A stretch of DNA of 56,105 nt from Chitinophagales bacterium (GCA_046160675.1 JBJXHH010000076.1:1-56105), one strand, 5' to 3'. Counted from the stretch's first letter, positions 21,072 through 30,607 are shown. Numbers and translations: made by a program. The notes: generated by a model not told the origin, from the letters alone.

Positions 21072-23158
21072 TTCAAAACAATAGTTACATAATTCCCATG
21101 CTGAATTGGTTGGCCGGCTTCAATACTTTGTGAAAAAACTTTTCCTTTTCCAACAGCATTCACTGTCAACCCTTTATTCTCAAGAATAAAGAGGGCATCT
21201 CTTATTCCCATTCCTTTTACTGAAGGCATTATGTTTTCATCTACTGAAATAGTTTGTGTTTCAATTCCAGCAGATTCTGTGTTAAGGGCAACCCATTCGG
21301 CGCTGTTTTCAAAATCAGCATTTATTTTCAACCAGGTCAATATCTTTTGCAGATCATATTTGTATCCCTTTACATTTACCAGCACTCTCTGTTTTGTACT
21401 ATCAGATTGATTAATGGGTTCATTAATACCCAGGTGATGTGAGTACAACTTATCGGCGATCTCCCTAAATACGGGAGCTGAAACAGCACCGCCATAAATA
21501 GCGCCATTGCTTGGAGAATTAATACTTACAATGATGGAATACTTTGGATTTTCTGCAGGAAAATATCCTGCAAAGCTTGCAAGGTATTTATGTACATACG
21601 CCCCATTTTCAATTAATTTTGCCGTTCCTGTTTTTCCAGCAAAATCATAAAAATCATTTTTTAAATACTTTGCAGTACCGCTGTCAACTACTGCCTCCAG
21701 GCATTCCTTCAATTGACGGATTGTGTTTTCGCTGCATAATTTTTCATTTAATATAACAGGCTCAAACTCCTGAAGCGTTTCGTCATACTTTTTTGTCGAC
21801 TCCACTAAATAAGGTTTCATCATTTTTCCATCGTTTGCAATTGCATTATAATAAGTGAGCAACTGCAAAGGAGTAAGTTGCAATTCATATCCAACACTTA
21901 CCCATGGTAGTGTTGTAGCATACCAGTTGTCGGCTTCGGAATCAGTTTTAATAATAGGCTTCCCTTCACCTGCCACTTCTACGCCGGTTTTATTTACAAG
22001 TCCTGCGTCAATAAAATGCTGAGTAAATTCTTTTTTGTCGTTTTTGTAATGCTCATACACTAACCGGGAGATGCCAACATTGCTTGAAAGCGCAAATGCT
22101 GTTTTCACACTCACATTATGCCGGTGATGTGGCTCACTGTCATACATCGTTCCTCCTTTATATTGTAGTGTGCCGCCGTTTAAATTTACTGTATCGTTCA
22201 GGTCAACTTTTCCGTCATCAAACAAACACATTAAAGAAAATAATTTGAAAGTAGAACCGGGTTCAACAGCTTGTGAAACTGCATAATTCAAAACTTCTTT
22301 GTATTGCGCTTCTCCTGTTTTTGTAAGGTTTGCTATAGCCTTTATCTTTCCTGTTTTCACTTCCATAACAATAGCTGTACCCCAGGCTGCATTATTTTTT
22401 ACAAGACTCCTTCGCAAAGCAGTTTCTGTAATGTCTTGCATGTTTACGTCCAGAGTTGTGGTCACATCCATTCCATCTACTGGTTCCATCGCTGCATCAT
22501 CACTCATTGGCAACCAAGTGCCGCCTGTAACTTTTTGCATCAGTTGTTTGCCAGGTATGCCGGAAAGTTGTTTATCATAAGCGCCCTCCAGTCCTACTTT
22601 TGCTCCTTCCTTATTTGTGTATCCAATTGTTCTGTTTGCTAAACTTCCGTAGGGATAAACCCTCCTGTCAAACGATTCTACAATCAACCCGCCGCCATAT
22701 TTTCCTTTCCTGAATAGAGGCAATTTTTTTGTTTGTTCCATTTGGGGAACAGTTGCTTTTTTGTACAAGGTCACATATCGCTTTCCGTTCTTTCTTGCGG
22801 ATGTGATTATTTTCTTGTATTCAGATTTTGATCTATCGCCGTAAATTTTTGATAATCCCAAGGAAAGTGAATCGATATTCTTAGAAAAATCCTTTTCGGA
22901 AGGGGAAACAGGATCCATGATAATGTTATAGTAAGGAAACGAAGCAGCCAACAAGTCACCACCATCAGCATAAATATTTCCACGGTTAGCATTTAGTATT
23001 TCATATTTCACATGTACACTATCGGCCTGTGCTCGATATTCTTCACCATCAATGAACTGAATTTTACCTATCTGCAGGATGATTGCAAGACCTACTAATG
23101 CAATGAGAACCAATGCAAGATTCAGCCGCCATAATATGTCTTTTTTTACTCCTGTCAT
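21068..23158 (-). CDS. ftsI: Class B penicillin-binding protein with C-terminal PASTA domain
   Basis: EPGSTFK, SSN and KTGT catalytic motifs; MPSVKGM PASTA. Confidence 0.93.
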   Translation of the reverse strand: MTGVKKDILWRLNLALVLIALVGLAIILQIGKIQFIDGEEYRAQADSVHVKYEILNANRGNIYADGGDLLAASFPYYNIIMDPVSPSEKDFSKNIDSLSLGLSKIYGDRSKSEYKKIITSARKNGKRYVTLYKKATVPQMEQTKKLPLFRKGKYGGGLIVESFDRRVYPYGSLANRTIGYTNKEGAKVGLEGAYDKQLSGIPGKQLMQKVTGGTWLPMSDDAAMEPVDGMDVTTTLDVNMQDITETALRRSLVKNNAAWGTAIVMEVKTGKIKAIANLTKTGEAQYKEVLNYAVSQAVEPGSTFKLFSLMCLFDDGKVDLNDTVNLNGGTLQYKGGTMYDSEPHHRHNVSVKTAFALSSNVGISRLVYEHYKNDKKEFTQHFIDAGLVNKTGVEVAGEGKPIIKTDSEADNWYATTLPWVSVGYELQLTPLQLLTYYNAIANDGKMMKPYLVESTKKYDETLQEFEPVILNEKLCSENTIRQLKECLEAVVDSGTAKYLKNDFYDFAGKTGTAKLIENGAYVHKYLASFAGYFPAENPKYSIIVSINSPSNGAIYGGAVSAPVFREIADKLYSHHLGINEPINQSDSTKQRVLVNVKGYKYDLQKILTWLKINADFENSAEWVALNTESAGIETQTISVDENIMPSVKGMGIRDALFILENKGLTVNAVGKGKVFSQSIEAGQPIQHGNYVTIVLN

Positions 23159-23538
23159 TTTTCAAGAATTGTATAAGGAGGGTTTGAGAGTTCATACATA
23201 TTTTGTTCCTTCACTACTTCTGCAACACTGCTCTGCCTGCTTTTTTGTGTGAGTGTATCTTTTGATGCGTTGTAATAGTATTGTGATTCGATTAACTCCT
23301 CTTGGGTGTCTCGCATCTCTTTCACCATTTTCACCCCGTGGTGAGAATTCCAGATGTAAAACATGGCTATCACTACTAAGAATAAAAAATAAGGGATATT
23401 TGAAATAAGCCAATCCTGCTTTAACCAGGTAACATTATCAAGCGATTTAATTGTAGATGATAAATTATCGCCTTTCTGTTTTTTCTGTTCTGTTGAAGAA
23501 TTGTTTTTTTCTTCTGAGTTTTTGGTTGTTTCTTTCAT
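23155..23538 (-). CDS. ftsL: FtsL-like cell division protein
   Basis: Short cytoplasmic region, one TM, coiled coil; lies between rsmH and ftsI. Confidence 0.75.
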   Translation of the reverse strand: MKETTKNSEEKNNSSTEQKKQKGDNLSSTIKSLDNVTWLKQDWLISNIPYFLFLVVIAMFYIWNSHHGVKMVKEMRDTQEELIESQYYYNASKDTLTQKSRQSSVAEVVKEQNMYELSNPPYTILEK

Positions 23539-23553
23539 TTCACAGTATTCTTT

Positions 23554-24456
23554 CTAAATCTTTTCAGCTATGCGCATCTTTGCACTTCTGCTTCTCGGGT
23601 TGTTTTTTATTTCTGTATCATCTGGTTCAATCGGTTTTTTAGTCATGATCTGAAAATACTTTTTCTTGTTTCCTTTAAAATCCTCCTCAATAACTCCTTC
23701 CGTATTGCCTGTCTTTATAAGGTTTTTCACAATTCTATCTTCCAGGGAATGATAACTTATCACCACTAATCTTCCTCCGGGTTTCAAAACTTCTTTAGAG
23801 GCTTCAAGCATTTCTTTTAATGCGTTCATTTCATCATTTACTCCAATCCTTATTGCTTGGAAAACCTGTGCTAAATATTTATTCAACTCACCTTTCACAA
23901 CTGTTATGATTATTTCTTTCAGGTGACCAGTAGTTCGTATTTCTCCTGCCATCCTGTTTTTTACAATTGTCTCACTCAATTGCTTTGCATTTCTTATCTC
24001 ACCGTATCTGCTGAATATTTCCTGGAGTTGTTTCTCGCTGTAAGAGTTGATGATATCTTTTGCTGAAATTTTTTGCGAAGTATTCATCCGCATATCCAAC
24101 TGTGCATCAAACCTTGTGGAAAATCCTCTCTGTGCTTCATCAAACTGGTGACTTGAAACGCCGAGATCGGCAAGAATGCCGTCCACTTTTTGAATGCCGT
24201 GGAGTCGGAGAAATTTTCTGATGTAACGGAAATTCTCTCCAATCAGCTGAAACCTTGCATCATTAATTTTGTTTTCAACAGCATCTGTATCCTGGTCAAA
24301 TGCAAATAGTTTTCCCTGAGTGCTTAATCGTTTTAAAATTTCTCTGCTGTGGCCACCACCCCCAAACGTAACATCAACATAAATTCCATTTTCATTTTTT
24401 AGTAAAGCATCAATGCTCTGATGTAAAAGAACGGGTATGTGATAGGTGTTACTCAT
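23554..24456 (-). CDS. rsmH: 16S rRNA m4C1402 methyltransferase
   Basis: HIPVLL, DVTFGGGGHS, DLGVSSHQ, SYHSLEDR, NPRSRSAK; ATG at 24456 preferred (ORF open to 24468). Confidence 0.97.
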   Translation of the reverse strand: MSNTYHIPVLLHQSIDALLKNENGIYVDVTFGGGGHSREILKRLSTQGKLFAFDQDTDAVENKINDARFQLIGENFRYIRKFLRLHGIQKVDGILADLGVSSHQFDEAQRGFSTRFDAQLDMRMNTSQKISAKDIINSYSEKQLQEIFSRYGEIRNAKQLSETIVKNRMAGEIRTTGHLKEIIITVVKGELNKYLAQVFQAIRIGVNDEMNALKEMLEASKEVLKPGGRLVVISYHSLEDRIVKNLIKTGNTEGVIEEDFKGNKKKYFQIMTKKPIEPDDTEIKNNPRSRSAKMRIAEKI

Positions 24457-24907
24457 GCGGAGATCCACCCATTACTTCTTCGGCTAATCCTGCATAATCA
24501 TCCGAACTCTTGCTTTGCATATATATATTATATGTATTCTGATCCCAGATCTCCCAGCCATCCTGCATAGGCACCAATACAATGTCTTTTTTTATGCTTG
24601 CATGATCTGTTAATATTTTTGGCAGGAGAATACGATCACTTGCATCGGGTACAAGTGTGGTTACTGCTGACTTGAAAAAGCGAACGAAATCCCTGTTCTT
24701 AGTTATGAAGGTGTTCACCTTGCTCAGCTTTGCATCAATCTTTTGCCATTCATTTTCTGGGTAAAGCATCAGGCATTTTTCAAAACCCTTATTTACAACA
24801 AACCTTCCCTCAGCCTCTTCCGGCAAGCCTTTAATGAGGGCGGCAGGCAGTTTTATGCGCCCCTTCTCATCAATTGTGCATGGATAAAAGCCTATTATTC
24901 CCGACAC
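24449..24907 (-). CDS. mraZ: Transcriptional regulator MraZ
   Basis: IDEKGRIKLP and DASDRILLP repeats; first gene of dcw; GTG start. Confidence 0.93.
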   Translation of the reverse strand: MSGIIGFYPCTIDEKGRIKLPAALIKGLPEEAEGRFVVNKGFEKCLMLYPENEWQKIDAKLSKVNTFITKNRDFVRFFKSAVTTLVPDASDRILLPKILTDHASIKKDIVLVPMQDGWEIWDQNTYNIYMQSKSSDDYAGLAEEVMGGSPHE

Positions 24908-24950
24908 TGAGTTTTGGTTTTGTGGATAATGAACGTAAAAGTATGTTTTT

Positions 24951-24990
24951 TATTCCACTAAACTCCAAATTTTCCCATTTTTTACCACCA
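24951..24990 (-). promoter_or_regulatory. MraZ operator (four direct repeats, 10-bp period)
   Basis: Minus strand GTGGTAAAAA-ATGGGAAAAT-TTGGAGTTTA-GTGGAATA; CCA on the + strand at 24955, 24965, 24975 and 24985. Confidence 0.75.
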
Positions 24991-25161
24991 AGTTTTTTTC
25001 AACAAAATTCCCACACTCTGATATAAACACGGTGTGGGAAACATAGAAACCCGTTTGAGGAAAGGGTTCTAACAGATAAAGAGAGGATTGAATTATACAG
25101 AAATTAACATTACATGGTGGAAGAAAAGGCGGCTTTTTGAAAGTGGTAAAACATTTCTCAC

Positions 25162-26469
25162 TCAAAAAAAACTTATATCATCATGCAGATCTTTAATGGA
25201 GCCGAAGCCGATAACATCCTTTAAAACAGGTTCGTCGCTGAGTTCAGAGGCAGGAATGATCTTATCTGTGCCGAATTTATCTTTAATAGAATACACGGTT
25301 TTGCGCAGTGTATCTTCTTTCATTTTATTGCCAAACAAAGAGTATTGCACATATTTATCCTCTACAAAATCAGATACCCAGACACCGATACTGGTTATCC
25401 GTTTATTGATCACATCCTCAAAATTGTTTTCCTCAGAATGTTTTTCCATGCGCTTACGCAGTATTTGCATAATTTCTATTCCGCTTTGGATTGGTTGTGA
25501 TGTGATGATATGGTCATCATACCTTTTTATTTCTTTCGTGTACCAGCCGGTTTCTTCATAAGAACAACTGATGCCGAATTTTTTTGCAAATACACTGTTA
25601 CGCACCATTCTTCTCTCCAGAGTCATGCATAGGGAAAGAAATAATTCATTTAATACTTCAATATTTTTCCTTTGTTCTTTTGATACTTGCCGCATGTTTT
25701 GCATGTTCTTATAACCATGTACCTGCATATCCACCTCCCGAAAATTCAGGCGATAATTCCAGTGCAGGCCTACAATACTTTTGCAAACTCTTTTCAACCT
25801 TTCGGCAGAAGCATAACGCAATTCAAGTGGTGTATGAATGCCACCTCTGATAAGTCTTTTACTCATACCGTCTGCTATGCCCGGAAGGTCAGTGAGTTTG
25901 AGTTTGCTGAGATGTTCATCAATGTTGTCCGGGGTGATCAGACATATTTCATCTGTGCCCCCAATATCAGAACCGAGTTTTGCAAGAAAAGCATTGGGTG
26001 CCACACCGATGGAACATTTTAGATAGTCGCCCACTTCATTTTTTATGTCCTGCTGAATTTGTTTTGCTACTGCAACGGTGTCTTTATAAATAAGATCATA
26101 CCCGTTCAGGTTTACTATGGCCTCATCAATGCTTTTAGGAATTACATTATCTGAATATTTTTTCAACACCTCCATAATCTTTACATGAAACTCCCGGTAG
26201 CGGGTGGGGTGTGTTTCCAGCGGCACAAGTTCCGGGCAGATTTTCATTGCTTCATCTAAGCGCAGGCCCAGGCCAATTCCTTTTTTCTTTGCTTCAATGG
26301 AAGATGAGATCACACAACCGAACTGACCTGTATAAACACAAACACCAACGGGCCTGTGGCGCAACCAGTAATTTACCTGCTGCTCACAGGTAGCAAAAAA
26401 GCTGTTCATGTCTACAAACAGAACTGAGGGCTTCAGGTTTTGGTGTTGATGGTTGAAGTTTGGAAGCAT
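25162..26469 (-). CDS. dinB: Y-family translesion DNA polymerase (Pol IV-like)
   Basis: FVDMNSFFA, SIEAKKKGI, SIDEA catalytic acids, SIGVAPNAFLAKL, QYSLF clamp-like motif. Confidence 0.88.
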   Translation of the reverse strand: MLPNFNHQHQNLKPSVLFVDMNSFFATCEQQVNYWLRHRPVGVCVYTGQFGCVISSSIEAKKKGIGLGLRLDEAMKICPELVPLETHPTRYREFHVKIMEVLKKYSDNVIPKSIDEAIVNLNGYDLIYKDTVAVAKQIQQDIKNEVGDYLKCSIGVAPNAFLAKLGSDIGGTDEICLITPDNIDEHLSKLKLTDLPGIADGMSKRLIRGGIHTPLELRYASAERLKRVCKSIVGLHWNYRLNFREVDMQVHGYKNMQNMRQVSKEQRKNIEVLNELFLSLCMTLERRMVRNSVFAKKFGISCSYEETGWYTKEIKRYDDHIITSQPIQSGIEIMQILRKRMEKHSEENNFEDVINKRITSIGVWVSDFVEDKYVQYSLFGNKMKEDTLRKTVYSIKDKFGTDKIIPASELSDEPVLKDVIGFGSIKDLHDDISFF

Positions 26470-26483
26470 GGTATTTTGTTTCC

Positions 26484-26510
26484 CGTAGATTACGCTGATG
26501 GCGCAGATGA
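26484..26510. repeat. Three imperfect 9-bp tandem repeats between the DUF5131 gene and dinB
   Basis: CGTAGATTA CGCTGATGG CGCAGATGA. Confidence 0.45.
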
Positions 26511-26518
26511 AAAATTAA

Positions 26519-27244
26519 TTAAGCTACTTGGCGATGAGGTCTCATCACAGGCATTTCATCATAAGTTCTTCCGTTCAAAATTCTCCCGGCTTTCTTTTTA
26601 TTTGCCCCTCCCCATTGTTTGAAAAAGAATTTCACTTTCTGTTTCCTACATTGATTTTTTATATCAATTACCCACTCTTTAGCCATTGGTCTTGCTTTCC
26701 TTCCGCTTTCCCCGCCAACAATTACCCAGTTTATGTTCTCTAGATGTAAGTTATTGAGAGGGCCAATCAGTGGTTCGCAGGAAAGAAATTTGGTTTTCGC
26801 ATTTGTACCCCGAAGAAAATCTATTCTGTCAATTACTTTTTCATCTTCTACTGAAACTCCCATCCAGATATTTTCACTCCAATTTAACTTATCGTGCAAT
26901 TCATAAAGACGCTCAGCTCTCTTTGTCAAAATCTGGTAAACATGTTCTGTATCATTCATCACTCCAAAAACTTTTTTGATAAACTCCAGTGGCACATCTT
27001 TATGAAACAAGTCACTCATGGAGTTTACAAAAACAACTTTCTGTTTATTCCAGGAATAAGGGATATGAAGGGCATCTTCATGCAATCGTAATTTAAAAGC
27101 ATCTTTATATTTTTCAATTCCCATCGCCTGCAAGCGTTTCGCCATTACTTCAGCATAACAGTATTTGCATCCTGCCGAGACTTTATTGCAACCCGTTGTC
27201 GGGTTCCAGGTCATTTCAGTCCATTCTATTGATGATTGAGACAT
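26519..27244 (-). CDS. DUF5131 / phage Gp37-Gp68 family three-Cys protein
   Basis: IEWTEMTWNPTTGC-x6-CKYCYA, FVNSMSDLFH, QILTKR, SCEPL, WVIVGGESG, FFKQWGG. Confidence 0.92.
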   Translation of the reverse strand: MSQSSIEWTEMTWNPTTGCNKVSAGCKYCYAEVMAKRLQAMGIEKYKDAFKLRLHEDALHIPYSWNKQKVVFVNSMSDLFHKDVPLEFIKKVFGVMNDTEHVYQILTKRAERLYELHDKLNWSENIWMGVSVEDEKVIDRIDFLRGTNAKTKFLSCEPLIGPLNNLHLENINWVIVGGESGRKARPMAKEWVIDIKNQCRKQKVKFFFKQWGGANKKKAGRILNGRTYDEMPVMRPHRQVA

Positions 27245-27246
27245 AG

Positions 27247-28371
27247 TTATTTAAATTTTACAGTTGCTGTGTATGTTATTTTCTGTTTCCGGTTACCTTT
27301 TATGTCTATTAGAAATATTTCATCCTTACTTAACAATTGTTTAATTGCTTCTTTATAATTTTCTTTGATATAATTTGTTCCGTAATTATGTTCTAAATAT
27401 ATGTCCTCAATTTTCTTGTTATTAAATCTAGCTTTATCATCCCGTAAAAGTGTAATTAGATTAACTATTGAGTATTTATTTAGTTCTGGGAATAATGTAG
27501 GTGAAATTGGCAAATTTGCGCCGAACATAGGAACACCATCCCCCTGAAAATCACTATACTTCTGCATTATTTCTTTTGCTCTCGTCAATGCAATATTAAC
27601 CTTCGAGACAAAATAAAGATAATGGCTTGATTGATCTCTATCAGGAAAATTAATTTTAAATCTTAAAGTCTTATAATTTTTTTCCTTAAATATACTTTCG
27701 AAAATTTCTAATATGAATAATTCCCTTTTATCTGGGTTTCTTTCAAGTTCATAAAATTCTCTAATTTTATCTAAATCATCTTCGAAAATTTCCTGCATGT
27801 TTCTTTCGACAGACTCATTTATTACTGCCATTCGTATTCGGTTGATATTGAACAGTACGAATAGATCTGAACCCCAACTTCTTATTGCTTCAAGTAACAT
27901 CTTTTTGGTATAACCATACCCTAATGGATCAATAAAAGTCAATGATGGAACACCTCTTCTTAAAATATTTACCAAAAGAGAATGGGCTGCCTCTTGTTGA
28001 AAGATAACTGGTTTGTGAGTCAATTCATTGTAAAAGGTTAACGATGTTACATTAGCAATCAATTTTTCAATAATTTTGGGCTCATCATCATTAAAAAATG
28101 TTTTGACACTTTTATCATAATCAATAAAATCATTCCCTTTACTCTTATAAATGCTATTCAATATTTTTAGTGGTGTTGATATATTTCCATCCTCATATTT
28201 GCCGGTTCCAGCGAACAAATCAATATATGCTAATTCATTAATGCTTTTATAAGATTGTCCCTTCAACATTATCGCAGCCCATGCTTTAAAATATTCAACT
28301 AAAATTTCTGATTTTATTTCAGATGTGTCTCTTTGTTTTTTGAAAAAGTTTTCGGGAGATATTCCAGCCAT
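27247..28371 (-). CDS. tcmP: Three-Cys-motif partner protein (TcmP family, methyltransferase-like)
   Basis: K-x-x-IL-x-x-Y start, YIDLFAGTG SAM-binding loop, FIDPLG; 2 nt upstream of the DUF5131 gene. Confidence 0.8.
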   Translation of the reverse strand: MAGISPENFFKKQRDTSEIKSEILVEYFKAWAAIMLKGQSYKSINELAYIDLFAGTGKYEDGNISTPLKILNSIYKSKGNDFIDYDKSVKTFFNDDEPKIIEKLIANVTSLTFYNELTHKPVIFQQEAAHSLLVNILRRGVPSLTFIDPLGYGYTKKMLLEAIRSWGSDLFVLFNINRIRMAVINESVERNMQEIFEDDLDKIREFYELERNPDKRELFILEIFESIFKEKNYKTLRFKINFPDRDQSSHYLYFVSKVNIALTRAKEIMQKYSDFQGDGVPMFGANLPISPTLFPELNKYSIVNLITLLRDDKARFNNKKIEDIYLEHNYGTNYIKENYKEAIKQLLSKDEIFLIDIKGNRKQKITYTATVKFK

Positions 28372-28384
28372 AAAATATTTTTCT

Positions 28385-28392
28385 CAAATTTA
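28385..28392 (-). promoter_or_regulatory. Possible internal -7 promoter element (TAAATTTG) for tcmP
   Basis: TAnnTTTG on the minus strand 13 nt upstream of the tcmP ATG. Confidence 0.35.
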
Positions 28393-28402
28393 TAAAGCCA
28401 TC

Positions 28403-29206
28403 TTAATTCCTTTCAATACTATCCAGCCTGCTTTTTAAAATACTCACTTGCATCGTTAAATCGCCTACTAACTTATCCAGGTCATTTTTTTTCACAGGCA
28501 TATAATTGGAAAGTTTGCTTTTTACATACCAGAGTTCTTTTATTGCTTCGGCATCTACAGCTATTTCGGGGTAGGCTTCATTATCGCTCAGTAGGTAAAT
28601 TTTATTCTCTGATTGAAGTTTATTGATTACTCTTTTCACCAACACATTATCATTAGTAACCACAACATGTATGTATCCCTCCCGGATATCTTTTGTAAAA
28701 TCATCACAAAACCGTGCAATCACATAGTCGCCATGCTGCAGAGTATCCTGCATACTATCGCCCTCAATTTGAAAACAACGGAAAGTCCCATTTCGGTAAT
28801 CGGTGCCTGGCAATTTAAATGCGGGCAGTTCTTTATAAAATTCAGGTTCAAGAAATCTTGTCGGGTATCCTGCGGCTGCTTTGGTATCTACCATCACAAT
28901 ATTTTCCTCGCCAGCTTCATCAACAGTGATCACAAACGGACGATAAATAATAGTGCCACTGCCTTGTTCAACATCTTTTGTAGAAACCTTCTTCAACTGC
29001 TTTGACAGGTCTTTATGGAGGAGTTCGTCTAGCGAAACGTCAAATATTTTGACAATTTCAAGCAAGGTTTTATGTCCCGGGTTAGCAAGGTTGGCTTCAA
29101 TGTTTGCTACTGCGGTTCGCCCTACGCTCAGCATGTCAGCAAGTTCCTGCTGGCTCATCTTTCTTTTACTGCGTAAGTGTTTGAGGTTCTTTGCTAAATG
29201 ATTCAT
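28403..29206 (-). CDS. XRE-HTH + S24 peptidase repressor (LexA/CI-like)
   Basis: NLKHLR...SQQELADMLSVGRTAVANIE HTH; AAAGY Ala-Gly cleavage site; EGDSM catalytic Ser; LVKRV catalytic Lys. Confidence 0.9.
   Translation of the reverse strand: MNHLAKNLKHLRSKRKMSQQELADMLSVGRTAVANIEANLANPGHKTLLEIVKIFDVSLDELLHKDLSKQLKKVSTKDVEQGSGTIIYRPFVITVDEAGEENIVMVDTKAAAGYPTRFLEPEFYKELPAFKLPGTDYRNGTFRCFQIEGDSMQDTLQHGDYVIARFCDDFTKDIREGYIHVVVTNDNVLVKRVINKLQSENKIYLLSDNEAYPEIAVDAEAIKELWYVKSKLSNYMPVKKNDLDKLVGDLTMQVSILKSRLDSIERN
29039..29053. promoter_or_regulatory. Candidate repressor operator within the repressor gene (GTCA-N7-TGAC)
   Basis: GTCAAATATTTTGAC. Confidence 0.5.
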
Positions 29207-29239
29207 AAGAAAATAATTTTATCAACAAGTATTGAAATT

Positions 29240-29277
29240 GTCAAATATATTGACTTTTTTTGTCAAAAATAATGACA
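29240..29277. promoter_or_regulatory. Two tandem candidate operators (GTCA-N7-TGAC) in the divergent promoter
   Basis: GTCAAATATATTGAC (29240-29254) and TGTCAAAAATAATGACA (29261-29277). Confidence 0.7.
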
Positions 29278-29280
29278 TTT

Positions 29281-30354
29281 ATGGAAATTCCAAAAATTGA
29301 AGAAGAAAAATTTCTAAAAGGCCGGGGAGCGCAGATAAATCCTTTTAACCCCTTTCATGATAATAATTATGTGCAGGAGCATATTGAAGGGTTAGATGAG
29401 GAGATGATTACGCCGAGGGAGACTTTGTTTTTTACAGATTTTCCTAAAAATGCTTTGAACAAGGTGGAAAGCCCCGATTCGGGAATGATGTATTCCATCA
29501 ATCCCTACCAGGGCTGCGAACATGGTTGTGTCTATTGTTATGCAAGAAACTCTCACAACTATTGGGGTTTTAGTGCTGGGCTGGATTTTGAAACAAGGAT
29601 TATCGTAAAACCCAATGCGCCCCAGTTATTAGAAAAGGTTTTTTTGAATAAAAATTGGAACCCCTACCCGATTCATATTTCAGGCAACACAGATTGTTAT
29701 CAACCTATCGAAAGAAAAATGAAAATCACACGGACTATTCTTGAAGTGTGTTTGAAATATAAAAATCCGGCGGGTATGCTTACAAAAAATCAGCTCATAG
29801 TCCGTGATATTGATATACTTGGTGAACTTGCAAAAGAAAGATTGATTCACACATTATTGTCAGTTACAGCCCTTGATGAAAACATCAGGCTGAAGTTGGA
29901 GCCGAGAACTGCTACCTATAAAGCAAGATTAAAAACAATGGAAAAACTTGCACAAAATGGAATTCCTGTTGGTGTGATGATAGGCCCGATTATTCCCGGG
30001 CTCACAGATCATTTTCTACCCGACATTATGAAAGCTGCTGCCGATCATGGTGCACATACTGCTGTATTTACGATGCTGCGGTTGAACGGAGCTATTGCTC
30101 AAATTTTTACAGATTGGATCTATAAGACTTTTCCTGATCATGCTGACAGAGTTTTGAGCAATGTGAAAGCAGTTCACAACGGAAAACTGAACGACAGTCG
30201 TTGGGGAAAAAGAAAACGAGGTGATGGTGAGCTTGCTTTTGCCATTCAACAAATGTTCTATTTAATGAAGGAAAAATACATGGGGCATTACCCTCCATTC
30301 GCTTTTAATTTAAAGGCTTTCAGAAGACCGGGGCAAATGCAATTAGAATTATGA
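29281..30354 (+). CDS. PA0069-family radical SAM protein (spore photoproduct lyase-like clade)
   Basis: KGRGAQINP, SINPYQGCEHGCVYCYAR (CX3CX2C), GLDFETRI, NTDCYQP, LEPRT; ATG at 29281 preferred over TTG at 29260. Confidence 0.9.
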   Translation: MEIPKIEEEKFLKGRGAQINPFNPFHDNNYVQEHIEGLDEEMITPRETLFFTDFPKNALNKVESPDSGMMYSINPYQGCEHGCVYCYARNSHNYWGFSAGLDFETRIIVKPNAPQLLEKVFLNKNWNPYPIHISGNTDCYQPIERKMKITRTILEVCLKYKNPAGMLTKNQLIVRDIDILGELAKERLIHTLLSVTALDENIRLKLEPRTATYKARLKTMEKLAQNGIPVGVMIGPIIPGLTDHFLPDIMKAAADHGAHTAVFTMLRLNGAIAQIFTDWIYKTFPDHADRVLSNVKAVHNGKLNDSRWGKRKRGDGELAFAIQQMFYLMKEKYMGHYPPFAFNLKAFRRPGQMQLEL

Positions 30355-30378
30355 CTAGAGTTTTTCTGTGTCACCTTT

Positions 30379-30409
30379 TATCAATTTGGCGAATACAAAT
30401 TGATATTTT
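30379..30409 (+). terminator. Probable terminator after the radical SAM gene
   Basis: TATCAATTTG-7 nt-CAAATTGATA followed by TTTT (AT-rich stem). Confidence 0.5.
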
Positions 30410-30607
30410 AGCAATCAATTGTATATTGATATGTGTCAGGTATTTACAAATAAGAAAAACATCTTATAAGCAGGAAAGTATGTAAAATAAGCTATTCGCT
30501 GGTTTTCTGAACCCATATGCAGCTATTTAATTTGTCACAAAGGTTATTTTCAAGTAATTCAATCTCATTATATTCGACTTAAATTTGGAGTAAGAAAATA
30601 CACACAC

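Noticed and set aside
9275-24907. Absence of murF, ddl and murB from the dcw cluster, and the long FtsZ linker
   Set aside because: Normal for Bacteroidota
26519-29206. Prophage, suggested by the CI-like repressor and Gp37/Gp68-family gene
   Set aside because: No integrase, structural, replication or lysis genes and no att-like repeats seen; the context is dinB and radical SAM
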